Of a DNA stretch of 52,995 nucleotides, positions 1-10,125 are shown one piece after another. The translations under genes were made by a program, and so were the position numbers. Each line of letters starts with the position of its first letter. Position 1 is the first letter of the stretch. Under the pieces are notes generated by a model, which worked only from the letters and a program-made list of their open reading frames with translations, ran no database searches and was not told where the DNA came from. The DNA is from an uncultured Bacteroidales bacterium (lineage in GTDB: Bacteria; Bacteroidota; Bacteroidia; Bacteroidales; JAADJA01): positions 1,512 through 54,506 of the forward strand of contig CAYLTG010000005.1 in the NCBI GenBank assembly GCA_964386225.1, read 5' to 3'.

Positions 1-938
1 CGCTCATCGTCGGTGGTCCAGATGTTGTCGGTGTTCTCGATCTCCGTGGGACTCATGGTCGCCGTGGTGCTGCCCCAGTCCCGGACCCAGATGTCAGTGG
101 GGTCGCAATCGTCGAACAGGCGGTAGTGGGTGCCGTCATATTTCTCAGTGGAAATGCCCCGGTTCCCGTTGAAGATGGTGTTCACCGTGGCGGCCTCGCA
201 GGAGGAGGAGAGCGGGAGCTCCAGGATCACCTTGCCGGTATGTGCGTCCACAAAGATGCGGGCATCCTTGTGCAGGGCCCAGATGTCGAACCGGTAGGCG
301 AGTGCAAACCCACCGCCCGGATCCTGCGCGTCCTTCAGGATGACAAGTTCTCCGGCAGGGTAGTAGGTAGCCCCGGGATCACCGGTCCTTTCCTTGATCT
401 CACTTTCCCAGTGATCAATGTCCCAGAGAAAGTCGGAATCACCGAAATGAGCGAGCGCCAGGTCAAGGGCCTCAGATTCGATAAGGGTAGGGGTGGTGTT
501 CACTTCAGGTAACTGGTAGGCCTGGCCCCGGAGGGAGCCTACCATGCCTTCGCGCGACTGCAGGATGTACTCGGCACCTGCGATGGGAATTCCCTTGTAG
601 GATTGGACATACCTGTAATGGACATAGCCCAGGTCGTCCTCCTGGGTCCTTTTAAGCTGGAAATCAACGTCAGCGGTCAGGTTGAAGTGTTGCTTCAGCC
701 AGGGGATGGCCTGTGCGGCCGCGATCTCCTTACCCTGTTGAAGCTTTACGGCTGCAGGGAGTTCACCTGGCTGACCCTGGTGGATGTAACGGGCTCCCTC
801 CAGGATGGCAGCGGCTCTGTCGCCGTGGAGTTCCTGAAGGTGGCGGCCTTGCTGGCCCTGGCTCAGCAAGGGCAATGCCAGGGCGCAAAGCAGGCAGAGG
901 ATGCCGGTCCGGCATCGTGAAAGGTTGGAATTCTTCAT
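1..938 (-). CDS. Thermolysin-like (M4-type) secreted zinc metalloprotease precursor, N-terminal part only (signal peptide, FTP-like and PepSY-like propeptide). It continues past the left edge.
   Basis: Not in the ORF track because there is no stop inside the window. My reverse-complement translation from CAT at 936-938 gives MKNSNLSRCRTGILCLLCALALPLLSQGQQ. It continues with DDLGYVHYRYVQSYKGIPIAGAEYILQ (FTP-propeptide-like) and ALAYRFDIWALHKDARIFVDAHTGKVILE (PepSY-like). The mature domain then begins TVNTIFNGNRGISTEKYDGTHYRLFDD. The frame stays open to base 1. Confidence 0.6.
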   Translation of the reverse strand, partial: MKNSNLSRCRTGILCLLCALALPLLSQGQQGRHLQELHGDRAAAILEGARYIHQGQPGELPAAVKLQQGKEIAAAQAIPWLKQHFNLTADVDFQLKRTQEDDLGYVHYRYVQSYKGIPIAGAEYILQSREGMVGSLRGQAYQLPEVNTTPTLIESEALDLALAHFGDSDFLWDIDHWESEIKERTGDPGATYYPAGELVILKDAQDPGGGFALAYRFDIWALHKDARIFVDAHTGKVILELPLSSSCEAATVNTIFNGNRGISTEKYDGTHYRLFDDCDPTDIWVRDWGSTTATMSPTEIENTDNIWTTDDE

Positions 939-1286
939 GGTGTTGGTGGATTGAGTTTTACAATGAGTGGATTTGTCGGGATGGTATGCTGGGGCGGGGA
1001 CCCTGGAATGAGCAATGGGCTGTGTTGTTCCGGGTGGTTGAATGCCGTCCCGCGAAATGATCTTCCGCCGGTGTAGTATTCCCCGAACATCATGAGCAGT
1101 GCCGAGTGTGGGATCGATTCCCCGCAAATTGCTTTTGCGGAATCCGGGGTTTGATTAATGTTCTAAAATTACTGAAAAAACAGCTGAAAATCAAGTATTT
1201 TGATTATTTTCTTCACCCCGGGTGCCAGGGGGGCTGTTACCTGTGCCGACACAGGTTTAAATGGGATTTTCAGCACACGGGCCCGG

Positions 1287-3629
1287 TTACCTGAGGCCCA
1301 CCGGGGCGGGATATCGATCGACCTGGCCTACCAGTGCATCGTCATAGATCAGTCCTGCCTGGTACATGTACACCTCGGCGAGTTCGGGTTTTGCACCGTC
1401 CCTGGCAGCAATGCTGGCATTGTAATAGGCCCTCCAGTCACGTTCGGACCGGATGAAGGCGACGTTGTATATCTTCAGTTTGTTGCCGGGATCCGTCACC
1501 ATGCTGGCAGCGAACAGCAGCTCTTCGTAGGTCAGTGCGTCGGGTGCGGTGAGCGCACGCTGCACCAGGTCGGCATAGCTGCCTTCGGTGGCCATGGGCA
1601 CCGCCACGGGCTCGGGGAATGACAGGAGCCCGCTGTTTGAGGCTGTCAGGGACGACAGGTGGTCATGGTGGCCATGCCGGGCTGATGATGCAGGCACGGT
1701 GTTCCCGCCTGAATCAGCAGCGGGTGCCACTGCGGGGGTAACTTCCAGTGCTTCGTCCGCGGGCGCCGGCAAGGGCTCCTGGTATGCATACATCACCTGC
1801 TCGACCTGCATTTCCGGGGCCGGCTCCATCCGGAGCTCCAGTTCCTCCTCCGCCCACGGGAATACGTCCATCGAGGCCGCATACCTCACCAGTTGCACGG
1901 GTACGATGGGTTCCTCGTCCCTGCTGATCTCCAGTACTTCCTCCTCAGCGATCCCGCTGAGCGGCATTTGGTAGGCCACGGTCTCCACCTGCCTGGGAAG
2001 GTCGGGCTCCATGCGGACCTCGAGGACCTCGTGATCCTCAAGGATCCCGGCCTGTGCCTGGGCGTAACGGACTGCCTGCACCTGTTTTACAGGATCGGCT
2101 TCGACGGTGATCACGGTTCCCTGGCCAATCCCGGTCTTCATGGCTTTCACAGGCTCCTCGTGCACGGAAGCCACCGTCATTGACGGGTTTGTTATTTTCG
2201 TTTTTTCAATGCCCTGTTTCATCACCGGCTGCGCCTCCTCCTCGTCAAATACCAGTTCCCAGGTCACGTTATAATCGTTTCTTGCAGAAACCTCGCGGTC
2301 TGTCTCAACCTCCTTGCTCCCTGCGGCAACCGCCCGGTCTGAACCGACCTCCCGGCTGCTTGCAGGCATTTCCGCCACCGCAATCTCATCCCTTACCTGC
2401 ACATTCCCACCGCCACTGCTACCGATACTGCCACTGCCACTGCTACCGATACTGCCACTGCTACTGCTACCGCCACCGTCACCGCCATTGCCACCTGCCA
2501 CCAGCCAACTGCCACCCGCCTCCTGCCAACTGCCCCCTGCCACAGCCTCCTGCTCCATCATCCCGTCGTTCAGGGTCACCCTGTAGACGGTGATGTTGTC
2601 CTCCTGGTTCTCCCGGTTCGAGGCGAAGAATGCGCCGCGGCCTGAGATGTCGGGGATGTAGAGGATGTCGTCGAACGGGGAGTTGATGCCGATGCCCATG
2701 TTTTCAGGGGTGCCGAATTCGCCGGCCTGGATATCAAACTCCGACTTGAACACGTCGTAACCGCCCATCGAATTGTGTCCCCTGGAAGAAAAATAGAGGG
2801 TGGTCCCGTCGTCGGTGACGATGGGGTAGTCCTCGTCCATCGGGGTGTTGACCATGTCGGTGAGCCGCTCGGGCCGGCCCCATTCGCCCTTTTTGTTCAG
2901 CGTCACCCTGAAAAGGTCGCGCTGTTGTGCCTTTTCGTCCATATACCCCGAATAATACAGCACACCGCGCGGTTCGGTGACATAGACATAACTGTGGGTG
3001 CCGTTTTTTCGTTCCTGCTCGGTGACGAAATTGTCCGGTTTCTGGATGAGCGAGCCCTCCAGTTCATCGGGGGGATAGGCGCGGTGGAAGTTATCGTTCT
3101 GGAACTCCGCCCGGCTGATGATCTCGTCCAGCTGGTTCCTGTGGAGCAGCTCCAGGCCCCGTTCGCACGACACGATGTAATTCCTGATCTCCTGCGGGTC
3201 GCGGCTGCCTGCCTCCGCCGATTCAAGGCACCGGTGGAAGAACCTCAGGGCGCTGGCAAACTCCAGGTCCTGGTAATAGGCCAGTCCCAGGTAGAACAGC
3301 AGGTCCTTGTCTTCCGGCATCGACCGGTAGGCGATGCTGAGGTACCGGACGGGACGCTCGCTGTCGCTTCGGCTCCCCAGCAGGGAGCAGACACCAAACC
3401 GGTAGTTGTAGTCTGCATCGTCGGGATAGACGCTGACCAGCTGGGCATAGAGCGGAAGGGCTTCCTTCCACTGCCCGGCTTCGAAGAAGGACCCGGCTTC
3501 ATGGATGAGGTCCTGCTCGGTGCGCGTTCCCTGACCGGCTGCTCCGGCGAAAAGGGAGAAGAACAGGATGATGACCGTGATTTGACGTAAGACTCGCGTT
3601 GCCATAACTGAAGGGTTTTGACCGGACAT
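1287..3629 (-). CDS. TPR plus PD40 (TolB-like beta-propeller repeat) protein with Gly/Ser-rich and acidic repeat linker
   Basis: 780-aa ORF with an N-terminal hydrophobic signal (ITVIILFFSLFAGAAGQ). TPR-like helices: EAGQWKEALPLYAQLVSVYPDDADYNYRFG and LLFYLGLAYYQDLEFASALRFF. PD40-type repeats: TTLYFSSRGHNSMGGYDVFKSEF and GAFFASNRENQEDNITVYRV. An alternative start at MATRVL (3605) is possible. Confidence 0.7.
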   Translation of the reverse strand: MSGQNPSVMATRVLRQITVIILFFSLFAGAAGQGTRTEQDLIHEAGSFFEAGQWKEALPLYAQLVSVYPDDADYNYRFGVCSLLGSRSDSERPVRYLSIAYRSMPEDKDLLFYLGLAYYQDLEFASALRFFHRCLESAEAGSRDPQEIRNYIVSCERGLELLHRNQLDEIISRAEFQNDNFHRAYPPDELEGSLIQKPDNFVTEQERKNGTHSYVYVTEPRGVLYYSGYMDEKAQQRDLFRVTLNKKGEWGRPERLTDMVNTPMDEDYPIVTDDGTTLYFSSRGHNSMGGYDVFKSEFDIQAGEFGTPENMGIGINSPFDDILYIPDISGRGAFFASNRENQEDNITVYRVTLNDGMMEQEAVAGGSWQEAGGSWLVAGGNGGDGGGSSSSGSIGSSGSGSIGSSGGGNVQVRDEIAVAEMPASSREVGSDRAVAAGSKEVETDREVSARNDYNVTWELVFDEEEAQPVMKQGIEKTKITNPSMTVASVHEEPVKAMKTGIGQGTVITVEADPVKQVQAVRYAQAQAGILEDHEVLEVRMEPDLPRQVETVAYQMPLSGIAEEEVLEISRDEEPIVPVQLVRYAASMDVFPWAEEELELRMEPAPEMQVEQVMYAYQEPLPAPADEALEVTPAVAPAADSGGNTVPASSARHGHHDHLSSLTASNSGLLSFPEPVAVPMATEGSYADLVQRALTAPDALTYEELLFAASMVTDPGNKLKIYNVAFIRSERDWRAYYNASIAARDGAKPELAEVYMYQAGLIYDDALVGQVDRYPAPVGLR
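2413..2474. repeat. Tandem 24-bp direct repeat inside the TPR/PD40 CDS (ccactgctaccgatactgccactg x2 plus a partial third copy), encoding the GSIGSSGSGSIGSSG tract
   Basis: Read directly from the sequence: units at 2413-2436 and 2437-2460 are identical, followed by ctactgctaccgcc. Confidence 0.85.
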
Positions 3630-3819
3630 GTTCGATTGCTTTTATGATCTGATCGATCGCATTGAAAGTTTATACGTCCATTTCTCCCCCTGGGTTATAA
3701 TTTGGATATATTTTATTTGTTGAACATCAGCTACATAGTTCCAGGTCCGCCCAGGGCCAACCCCTTCGACGCAAGGGTTAATTTGCCTGGTGGCCCTAAT
3801 TTGTGTTAATTTGCAGGTA

Positions 3820-6186
3820 ATGAACAATGAAATGAAAATGAAGCGGATCCCGGTCCGATCGCTGTTTTTGGTAATGGCAGCACTCGCCGTTTTATGGGGA
3901 TCGGCCGCCCGCACCCAGGTGTACGATACCATTTCCAACTGGGAGACCGTCACCCCCGACTGGACCGTTTGGGCCGGGTCGGGTGAGCAGGTAGCCAACC
4001 CCTGGCCGGGGGGGATCAACACCTCCGCCAACTGCATGGAGCTGACCACCAGCAGTGGGGCCTGGGACCTCATGTTCATCGATCTCGACGTCCCGGTGAA
4101 TTTCGAGATGTACCCCAAATACCGCTTCAAGGTCTATGCCCCGCCCTCGGGAGGGCAGGTGGCCCTCAAGTTTGAGAACGAGAACAACACCCAGTGGGAG
4201 GAGATCGTGAAAACGCCCGTGCCCGGTCAATGGGACGACCTGGAGTTCGACTTCAGCGGCCTCGTCGCCGATGAGTTCGTGAGGATGGTCGTCTTCATTG
4301 ATTTCCAGGGCACCACCCCGGGGATCGATTGGTACGTCGACGATGTGATCCGCAGCAACTTCTTCTACGCTGAATTCTCCTCGGCACTGCCCATCGTCAA
4401 GATCAACACGGGCGGCATTCCCATCCCTGACGAGCCGAAGATAACGGCCCAGATGCAGATCATCGACAACGGCCCCGGTAACCTGAATTTTATCGGCGAC
4501 GACCCCAACGGCTACGACGGTTTCATCGGCATCGAGATCCGGGGCAGTTCGTCCCAGATGTTCCCCAAGAAATCCTTCGGCCTGGAGACACGCGATGAAA
4601 CGGGAGAGAACCTCAACGTTTCCCTGCTGGGCATGCCCGAGGAGAACGATTGGATCCTCTACGGGCCTTATTCCGACAAGAGCATGATGCGGAATGCCGT
4701 CGCCTACATCCTGGCCCGGCGGATGGGCGGATATGCCCCCCGGTGTGTCTACTGCGAACTGTTCATCAACAACGGATACCACGGGCTGTATATGCTCATG
4801 GAAAAGATCAAGCGCGACAGGTACCGGGTCGACATCGACCGGCTCGAGCCCGATGAGAACGACGGGCTGCCGCTTACGGGCGGGTATATGATCAGCGTCG
4901 ACAAGACCGACAACGGCTTCCAGTATGGCCCTGACGGCTGGCTCTCCAGCCCGGTGCCTTCCTACCCCAATGCCATGGACATCACGTTCCAGTATGTGTA
5001 TCCCGACGGCGAAGACATCACGTTCCAGCAAAAGGGGTACATCCAGAACTTTATCGCAGAAGTGGAACAGACCCTTGTCGGTTCCGGGTTCGCCCATACC
5101 GAAACCGGTTATCACAAGTACTTTGATGCAAGCTCCTTCGTGGACCACCTGCTCATCCGCGAACTGGCCAAAGAGGTCGATGCATACCGGTACAGCACGT
5201 TCTTTTTCAAGCACAACGACGAGGACGGCGGCAAGTTCCATTCCGGGCCCCCGTGGGATTTCAACCTGGGCTTCGGCAACGTCAACTACTGGGAACCGGG
5301 GGTCAACCCTGCCGGCTGGGTCTACGTCGACGTCACGCCGGTCAACTGGAGCATCATGTACTGGTGGAAACGCCTCATGGAGGACAGCTACTTCCGCAAC
5401 CTGGTGAGGACCCGGTGGACGGGCCTGCGGGCGGGGCCCTTCTCAGATGCCTCCATCCTTGCCCTCACCGACTCCCTGGCTGCGGTCATGGGAGAGGCCC
5501 GCGAACGCAATTTCATGCGCTGGCCGGTCCTGGGCGAATGGGTGTGGCCCAATTATTTCGTAGGGGATACGTGGGAGGAGGAGCGGGACTACCTCGAGGA
5601 TTTCCTGCTCGACCGCACCGCATGGATGGATGAGGCCCTGGCTGGAACACTCCTGGATCCCGGGGCGCTTATCACGGGCGACAAAAGCAGGCTGCACGTG
5701 ACCCTGTCGGACGAATATTTCAACAAAACGGTGCTGGAGAAAGACGCTTTCGGGCTGGTGAACGCACCGCCGGGACTGGCGATCGACACCGTGGTCTATG
5801 TCAAGGCCCACATGGCCACGGCATACCTCTCAGGAGCAGGGGATGAGGACCCGGAAGTGGCGCTGTGGATATCCTCCGGCGTACTGAACGGCTGGCAGGA
5901 CCTAACTAGCAACCCCCTTGTGCTGGATGGCGTGGAAGAGCGGTCAGGAAACGTTCCGGAGGTGAACGTGCGGGTGGCCGATGGTCTCCTGCACCTGCAT
6001 TGTGCCAGGCCGGAACAGCTGCCTCAGGCCGTCAGCATATACGCCGCATCAGGCCGCCTCGCCGGCAGGCACAGCATCGCGCAGGTGCCCGGCAATGCCA
6101 TCCGGCTCAACCTCCCGGCAGGCCTGTATTTGCTGAGGGTGGACCTCCCGGCAGCGCCGGTGATCCGCAAATTCACGTGGTTCTGA
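3820..6186 (+). CDS. CotH family protein (atypical kinase fold) with N-terminal signal peptide and T9SS C-terminal sorting domain
   Basis: CotH-type core: SFGLETRDETGENLNVSLLGMPEENDWILYGPYSDKSMMRNAVAYILARRMG and HGLYMLMEKIKRDRYRVDI. The C-terminus ...AVSIYAASGRLAGRHSIAQVPGNAIRLNLPAGLYLLRVDLPAAPVIRKFTWF has the T9SS type-A pattern. The track ORF starts at a GTG (3790). The first in-frame ATGs are 3820, 3832 and 3838, just before the signal peptide KRIPVRSLFLVMAALAVLWGSAA. Confidence 0.8.
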   Translation: MNNEMKMKRIPVRSLFLVMAALAVLWGSAARTQVYDTISNWETVTPDWTVWAGSGEQVANPWPGGINTSANCMELTTSSGAWDLMFIDLDVPVNFEMYPKYRFKVYAPPSGGQVALKFENENNTQWEEIVKTPVPGQWDDLEFDFSGLVADEFVRMVVFIDFQGTTPGIDWYVDDVIRSNFFYAEFSSALPIVKINTGGIPIPDEPKITAQMQIIDNGPGNLNFIGDDPNGYDGFIGIEIRGSSSQMFPKKSFGLETRDETGENLNVSLLGMPEENDWILYGPYSDKSMMRNAVAYILARRMGGYAPRCVYCELFINNGYHGLYMLMEKIKRDRYRVDIDRLEPDENDGLPLTGGYMISVDKTDNGFQYGPDGWLSSPVPSYPNAMDITFQYVYPDGEDITFQQKGYIQNFIAEVEQTLVGSGFAHTETGYHKYFDASSFVDHLLIRELAKEVDAYRYSTFFFKHNDEDGGKFHSGPPWDFNLGFGNVNYWEPGVNPAGWVYVDVTPVNWSIMYWWKRLMEDSYFRNLVRTRWTGLRAGPFSDASILALTDSLAAVMGEARERNFMRWPVLGEWVWPNYFVGDTWEEERDYLEDFLLDRTAWMDEALAGTLLDPGALITGDKSRLHVTLSDEYFNKTVLEKDAFGLVNAPPGLAIDTVVYVKAHMATAYLSGAGDEDPEVALWISSGVLNGWQDLTSNPLVLDGVEERSGNVPEVNVRVADGLLHLHCARPEQLPQAVSIYAASGRLAGRHSIAQVPGNAIRLNLPAGLYLLRVDLPAAPVIRKFTWF

Positions 6187-6201
6187 TCACCCCTGCACGC
6201 C

Positions 6202-9150
6202 CTACTCCACGACGAACCGGCGGACCTTGCCAAACTTTTCCGAGCCAAGCCGCAGCAGGTAGACGCCGCGCGGCGCATGCGACATGTCCAGGTCAAACCG
6301 GTATTCCCCGTTCACCGGCATCACGCGGTTCCGCAACAGCATTTGTCCTTGCAGGTTGTGCACGGTGATGATGAGGGTCTCCTGCATCCCGCTCAGCATG
6401 CCCACATGGAAATGGTTGCCGCCGGTATTGGCCACCACGAGCTGAAGATCGCCGGTCGACATGGGGCTGATGCCCGTGGCGTCATCGATCTTGGCGGTGT
6501 AATCCTCCGTTTCCCCGAACAGGGTGGCTTCGCAGGGGTCGTCCGGCACAGGCTCGTTATAGTTGGTCTTCACACGCATGAGATGCTCCCCGGCGGGTGC
6601 GCCGGGCGGAATGGTAAGCACCATGGTCTCGGTATAATTGCCGGAAGGTTGGCCGGGGGCGATCTCGTAGTCCGTCACCACGATCTCATCCGGCTCGAAG
6701 ATGAAATTGTCGTTGAGGTCGATCCAGGCCTTCACGTGAACGCTGCCGTATTCGGTGGAGATGGTCAGGTCGTTGAAAGAGCCCGGCTGCAGGGTGGCGG
6801 TATAGTTTGAATAATTGCCGTATCCGTTGGGGTCGCAGCCCGATACATTCTCGATCCCGGCCAGCTCAAGGCTGAATATCCCGACTCCGTAGCTGCAGAT
6901 GAGCTCGGGCTGGCAGAGGGTGTTGGTCACGGTCACCTGGATGGTGTCATTGGAGGTGTCGCCGTCAGCGGGATGGGAGGTGGCGACCACCAGGTCGTGA
7001 TCGGTCACGGCCGAGACGTCGGCGGGCTGTGAAAATGTGAACTCCATGCTCGCCTCGCTGCCGAGCGGTCCCGCGACCTGCTCCACCACCGGGTTGCCGC
7101 CGTCAAGGATGTAGGTGACGTCAAAATCGCTCTGGCTGTTGGCCCCGAAGTTCCTGATCACCACGGTCACCGACTCGGCGGCCGTCAGGTCGGCCCCCGA
7201 TGCCGGGGAAAGGACTTCGGTCACCCCCAGGTCGTCGGGATGGAGGTGGTCGATCCAGGCGGTCACGGTGTCGTTGACATTGTTCTCGTCAGATGCGAGG
7301 CCGGTGCCGGCGGTGACCTCGTAGGTGGCACCCGTCTCCGAGAAGTCGCCGGTCGCACTGAACGTGAACGAGGCGTTCATGGTGGAGGGGATGCTGCCGG
7401 TGAATACTTCCTCGATCATCTCTCCGCCGTTGACCTGGAAGAACACGGGGATGTTGGTCTGGGTGTCGAGGCCGAAATTCCTGATGGTGACGGTGACCTG
7501 TTCGGCACCCGTCAGCAGGCCGCTGACCGGAGCGTCAATGCTGACGATGCCCACGTCGCTTGCCAGGTCGGGAGCCAGTTTGAAGACGCCCACCTGGTTC
7601 TTGCGGGTTCCCCCTGTGAAATACTCGGAGATGGACCAAAAGGTCTTTTCGTCCAGCGGGTCCAGCGTCATCTGGGCATAATCGCCATACCGGAAGGAGG
7701 GGTCCGACATGGTGCCGTCTGCGATGACCTGTTCCTCCACTGTCATCTCCCCCGGCGGGTCGGAAAAGAACCGGCCCGTATACCGGAGCGACGGGTATTG
7801 GGTCTCGCTGACGATGCTGTAGGCCATTGCGATGTTGCCGTCCGCATCCATGGCCATGTGCCCGCAATAGGCGCTGTGACCGTCGGGCTGTACATACGTG
7901 CCTTCCTGGTGTATTTCCCACGGGTCGTTGTCATCGCCCTGGCGCAGCTCGTACCACCGGATGCCGGCATAGTCGCCGCTGCCGTCGAGGTCGACGACGA
8001 AGTTGAAGACCACCGAGTTGTATCCCGGGAAGCGCCGGTACTGCGCCATGTACATGATGGTGGCCTGGAGTGCGTCAAGATCGGGACCGGAGGGTTGCGG
8101 CAGGTTGGAGAAAGAGCCGCCGTCAAAGAGGCCGTCGAACGGGGTGGTGGCGATCTCCTGGGCGTCGGAGATGACGGAGTTGGCAGGGTTGTCCCAGTCC
8201 ACGTCGATGGTCCATATCTTCAGGTGATCGGATGAGACCCCGCTCCACACATCATCCTGCATGTAAATGATGGGGGCGCCGCCGGCGGGCGGCATCTCCT
8301 CTCCGTTCACATTGAACCCCAGCGGGCTGAAGAAACCGCTCGTGGTGATGCCGGGGAGGGGGAAGCCGATCATCAGGGCGTCGGGCTCGCCGGCGAGCAT
8401 CTTGTCACGCTCCAGGGCATAGACCACTTCGCTGGTGCCGGCGGAGGAGGAATTCTTGTTGGAGGTGATGTAATAGCCGTCGGACCAGAGGGAATATTTA
8501 GGATAATCAGGGAAGCTGTTGGTCGGGAAGAAATAGGTGTACCACCCGCTGTTCACAGGGTCCGGGCCCTGGCTCACGGCCACGAGGAACCCGTTGAGAA
8601 ACGTGAACTGGGAGATGATGAAACGGTCGGCCACCTGGTCGTACATCACGATGGGGTCGCCTGCCGTCTCGCCAGGGAAGATGGTCCCCAGGGAGGCCAC
8701 GGGGGTGAGGGGGTTGCCCTCCTTGTCCCAGATCCGGAAGGCCGAGTTCCAGGAATTGACAAAATGGTCCGGCCCCACGGCGCCCGTCGGGTCGGTGGGA
8801 GTGACGTTGGAGCTGGCAGCTTCAAAGGTGAGGATGGGGCCATTGCCCTTGATGCCGGTGGAGGACTTGGTCTGCTTCCACAACGGGTCCGGCCCTTTCG
8901 GCAATCCTTTGCCGGGTACCGCCACGTTGGCGTCACGTCGCTTGGGATTCACCTCCGCGGCGATATCCTGGTGGGACTTGAAGGTGCCGTCGGCGATCTG
9001 CGACGCAATGGAAGGCACGGTGATCATAAATTCTGCCTTCTTGACCAGGCTGGGTTTCATGGACTGCTGCTTCTGCTGGGCCCCGGCCGAAAGCGCGATC
9101 AGCGAAAAGGCCAGGATGACCGGGAACTTAATCGTGTCGATCATTGACAT
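6202..9150 (-). CDS. Large secreted protein: N-terminal propeller-like region, CARDB-like repeats, GEVED domain, T9SS C-terminal sorting domain
   Basis: 982-aa ORF with signal peptide FPVILAFSLIALSAGAQQ. CARDB-like units: VGIVSIDAPVSGLLTGAEQVTVTIRNFGLDTQTNIPVFFQVNGG and LGVTEVLSPASGADLTAAESVTVVIRNFGANSQSDFDVTYILDGG. GEVED signature CEATLFGETEDYTAKI. T9SS tail LIITVHNLQGQMLL...GVYLLRLGSEKFGKVRRFVVE. Confidence 0.7.
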   Translation of the reverse strand: MSMIDTIKFPVILAFSLIALSAGAQQKQQSMKPSLVKKAEFMITVPSIASQIADGTFKSHQDIAAEVNPKRRDANVAVPGKGLPKGPDPLWKQTKSSTGIKGNGPILTFEAASSNVTPTDPTGAVGPDHFVNSWNSAFRIWDKEGNPLTPVASLGTIFPGETAGDPIVMYDQVADRFIISQFTFLNGFLVAVSQGPDPVNSGWYTYFFPTNSFPDYPKYSLWSDGYYITSNKNSSSAGTSEVVYALERDKMLAGEPDALMIGFPLPGITTSGFFSPLGFNVNGEEMPPAGGAPIIYMQDDVWSGVSSDHLKIWTIDVDWDNPANSVISDAQEIATTPFDGLFDGGSFSNLPQPSGPDLDALQATIMYMAQYRRFPGYNSVVFNFVVDLDGSGDYAGIRWYELRQGDDNDPWEIHQEGTYVQPDGHSAYCGHMAMDADGNIAMAYSIVSETQYPSLRYTGRFFSDPPGEMTVEEQVIADGTMSDPSFRYGDYAQMTLDPLDEKTFWSISEYFTGGTRKNQVGVFKLAPDLASDVGIVSIDAPVSGLLTGAEQVTVTIRNFGLDTQTNIPVFFQVNGGEMIEEVFTGSIPSTMNASFTFSATGDFSETGATYEVTAGTGLASDENNVNDTVTAWIDHLHPDDLGVTEVLSPASGADLTAAESVTVVIRNFGANSQSDFDVTYILDGGNPVVEQVAGPLGSEASMEFTFSQPADVSAVTDHDLVVATSHPADGDTSNDTIQVTVTNTLCQPELICSYGVGIFSLELAGIENVSGCDPNGYGNYSNYTATLQPGSFNDLTISTEYGSVHVKAWIDLNDNFIFEPDEIVVTDYEIAPGQPSGNYTETMVLTIPPGAPAGEHLMRVKTNYNEPVPDDPCEATLFGETEDYTAKIDDATGISPMSTGDLQLVVANTGGNHFHVGMLSGMQETLIITVHNLQGQMLLRNRVMPVNGEYRFDLDMSHAPRGVYLLRLGSEKFGKVRRFVVE

Positions 9151-9411
9151 ACCTGTTTGATTTTTATTTGATTGATTACCGATGGAGGAAATTGCGCCAC
9201 GGAGTGATGAACTTATCTTTCATGTCAATAACAATTCAGCATCGACATTGTTGTAATGGATTATTATTTTGATCCCCGGGAATGGCATTGCATGGAGATC
9301 TTCATTGATTATCTGCGCTGCAGGGTGCCGTCGTCCCGAAAGTTGTATTATCTTTACAATGATTCATCCAGCAATCCGTTATTCCATCATCTCAACCAAA
9401 CATCCTGATCT

Positions 9412-10125
9412 ATGAAATCGAACCACCTCATTCCCGCCTCCCTGATCCTGTCGGTCGGGATCCTGCTGGCCGGTTATTTTGTCGGCAACCTGTTCGTGAA
9501 AGCCAAGAAACTGGACCGTTCGGTCACGGTGAAAGGCCTTGCCGAGCGGGAGGTCGTGGCCGACCTGGCCATCTGGCCGCTGAACTTCACCGAAGGGAGC
9601 AACGACCTGGCTGAGATCGAGCGGAACATCAATTCCAAATCCCAGGTGGTGATCCGGTTCCTGAAGGATGCCGGGTTCAGGGAAGAGGAGATCAGCCGAG
9701 GGGTGCCGGCCATCCAGGATGCCTGGGCCAATCCCTATGCTTCCCGCGACCAGTATACGGGCTTCCGGTACGTCGGGAATTACGACATTACGGTCCGCAC
9801 CTCCGACATCCCCATGCTCCATCAGGCCATGGAAGGGATCGCCGGACTCATCGGCCAGGGGATCGTGATCGGGCAGGGCAACTATTGGCAGCAGGTGGAA
9901 TACCTCTACACGGCGCTCAATGACATCAAACCCGCCATGATCGAGGAAGCCACCAAGAACGCCCGGGAAGCGGCTGAGAAATTCGCCGTGGATTCCGATT
10001 CAAAGGTCGGAAAGATAAAGACCGCCAGCCAGGGACTGTTCTCCATCACCAACCGCGACATGAACAGCCCGCACATCAAGACCGTGCGGGTGGTCACCAC
10101 CGTGGAGTTCTACCTGAACGACTGA
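9412..10125 (+). CDS. SIMPL (DUF541) domain protein, membrane-anchored/periplasmic
   Basis: 237 aa. It has an N-terminal TM segment (LIPASLILSVGILLAGYFVGNLF) and the typical SIMPL layout (RSVTVKGLAEREVVADLA ... EEATKNAREAAEKFAVDSDSKVGKIKTASQG). Confidence 0.75.
   Translation: MKSNHLIPASLILSVGILLAGYFVGNLFVKAKKLDRSVTVKGLAEREVVADLAIWPLNFTEGSNDLAEIERNINSKSQVVIRFLKDAGFREEEISRGVPAIQDAWANPYASRDQYTGFRYVGNYDITVRTSDIPMLHQAMEGIAGLIGQGIVIGQGNYWQQVEYLYTALNDIKPAMIEEATKNAREAAEKFAVDSDSKVGKIKTASQGLFSITNRDMNSPHIKTVRVVTTVEFYLND

Noticed and set aside
3892-5241. 449-aa minus-strand ORF inside the CotH gene. Similar antisense ORFs lie at 7240-8235 (+), 22552-23721 (+), 36706-37716 (-), 47356-48636 (-) and 48691-49812 (+).
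   Set aside because: All lie antisense to genes with strong family signatures. None shows a signal peptide or motif. They are attributed to GC3 bias.
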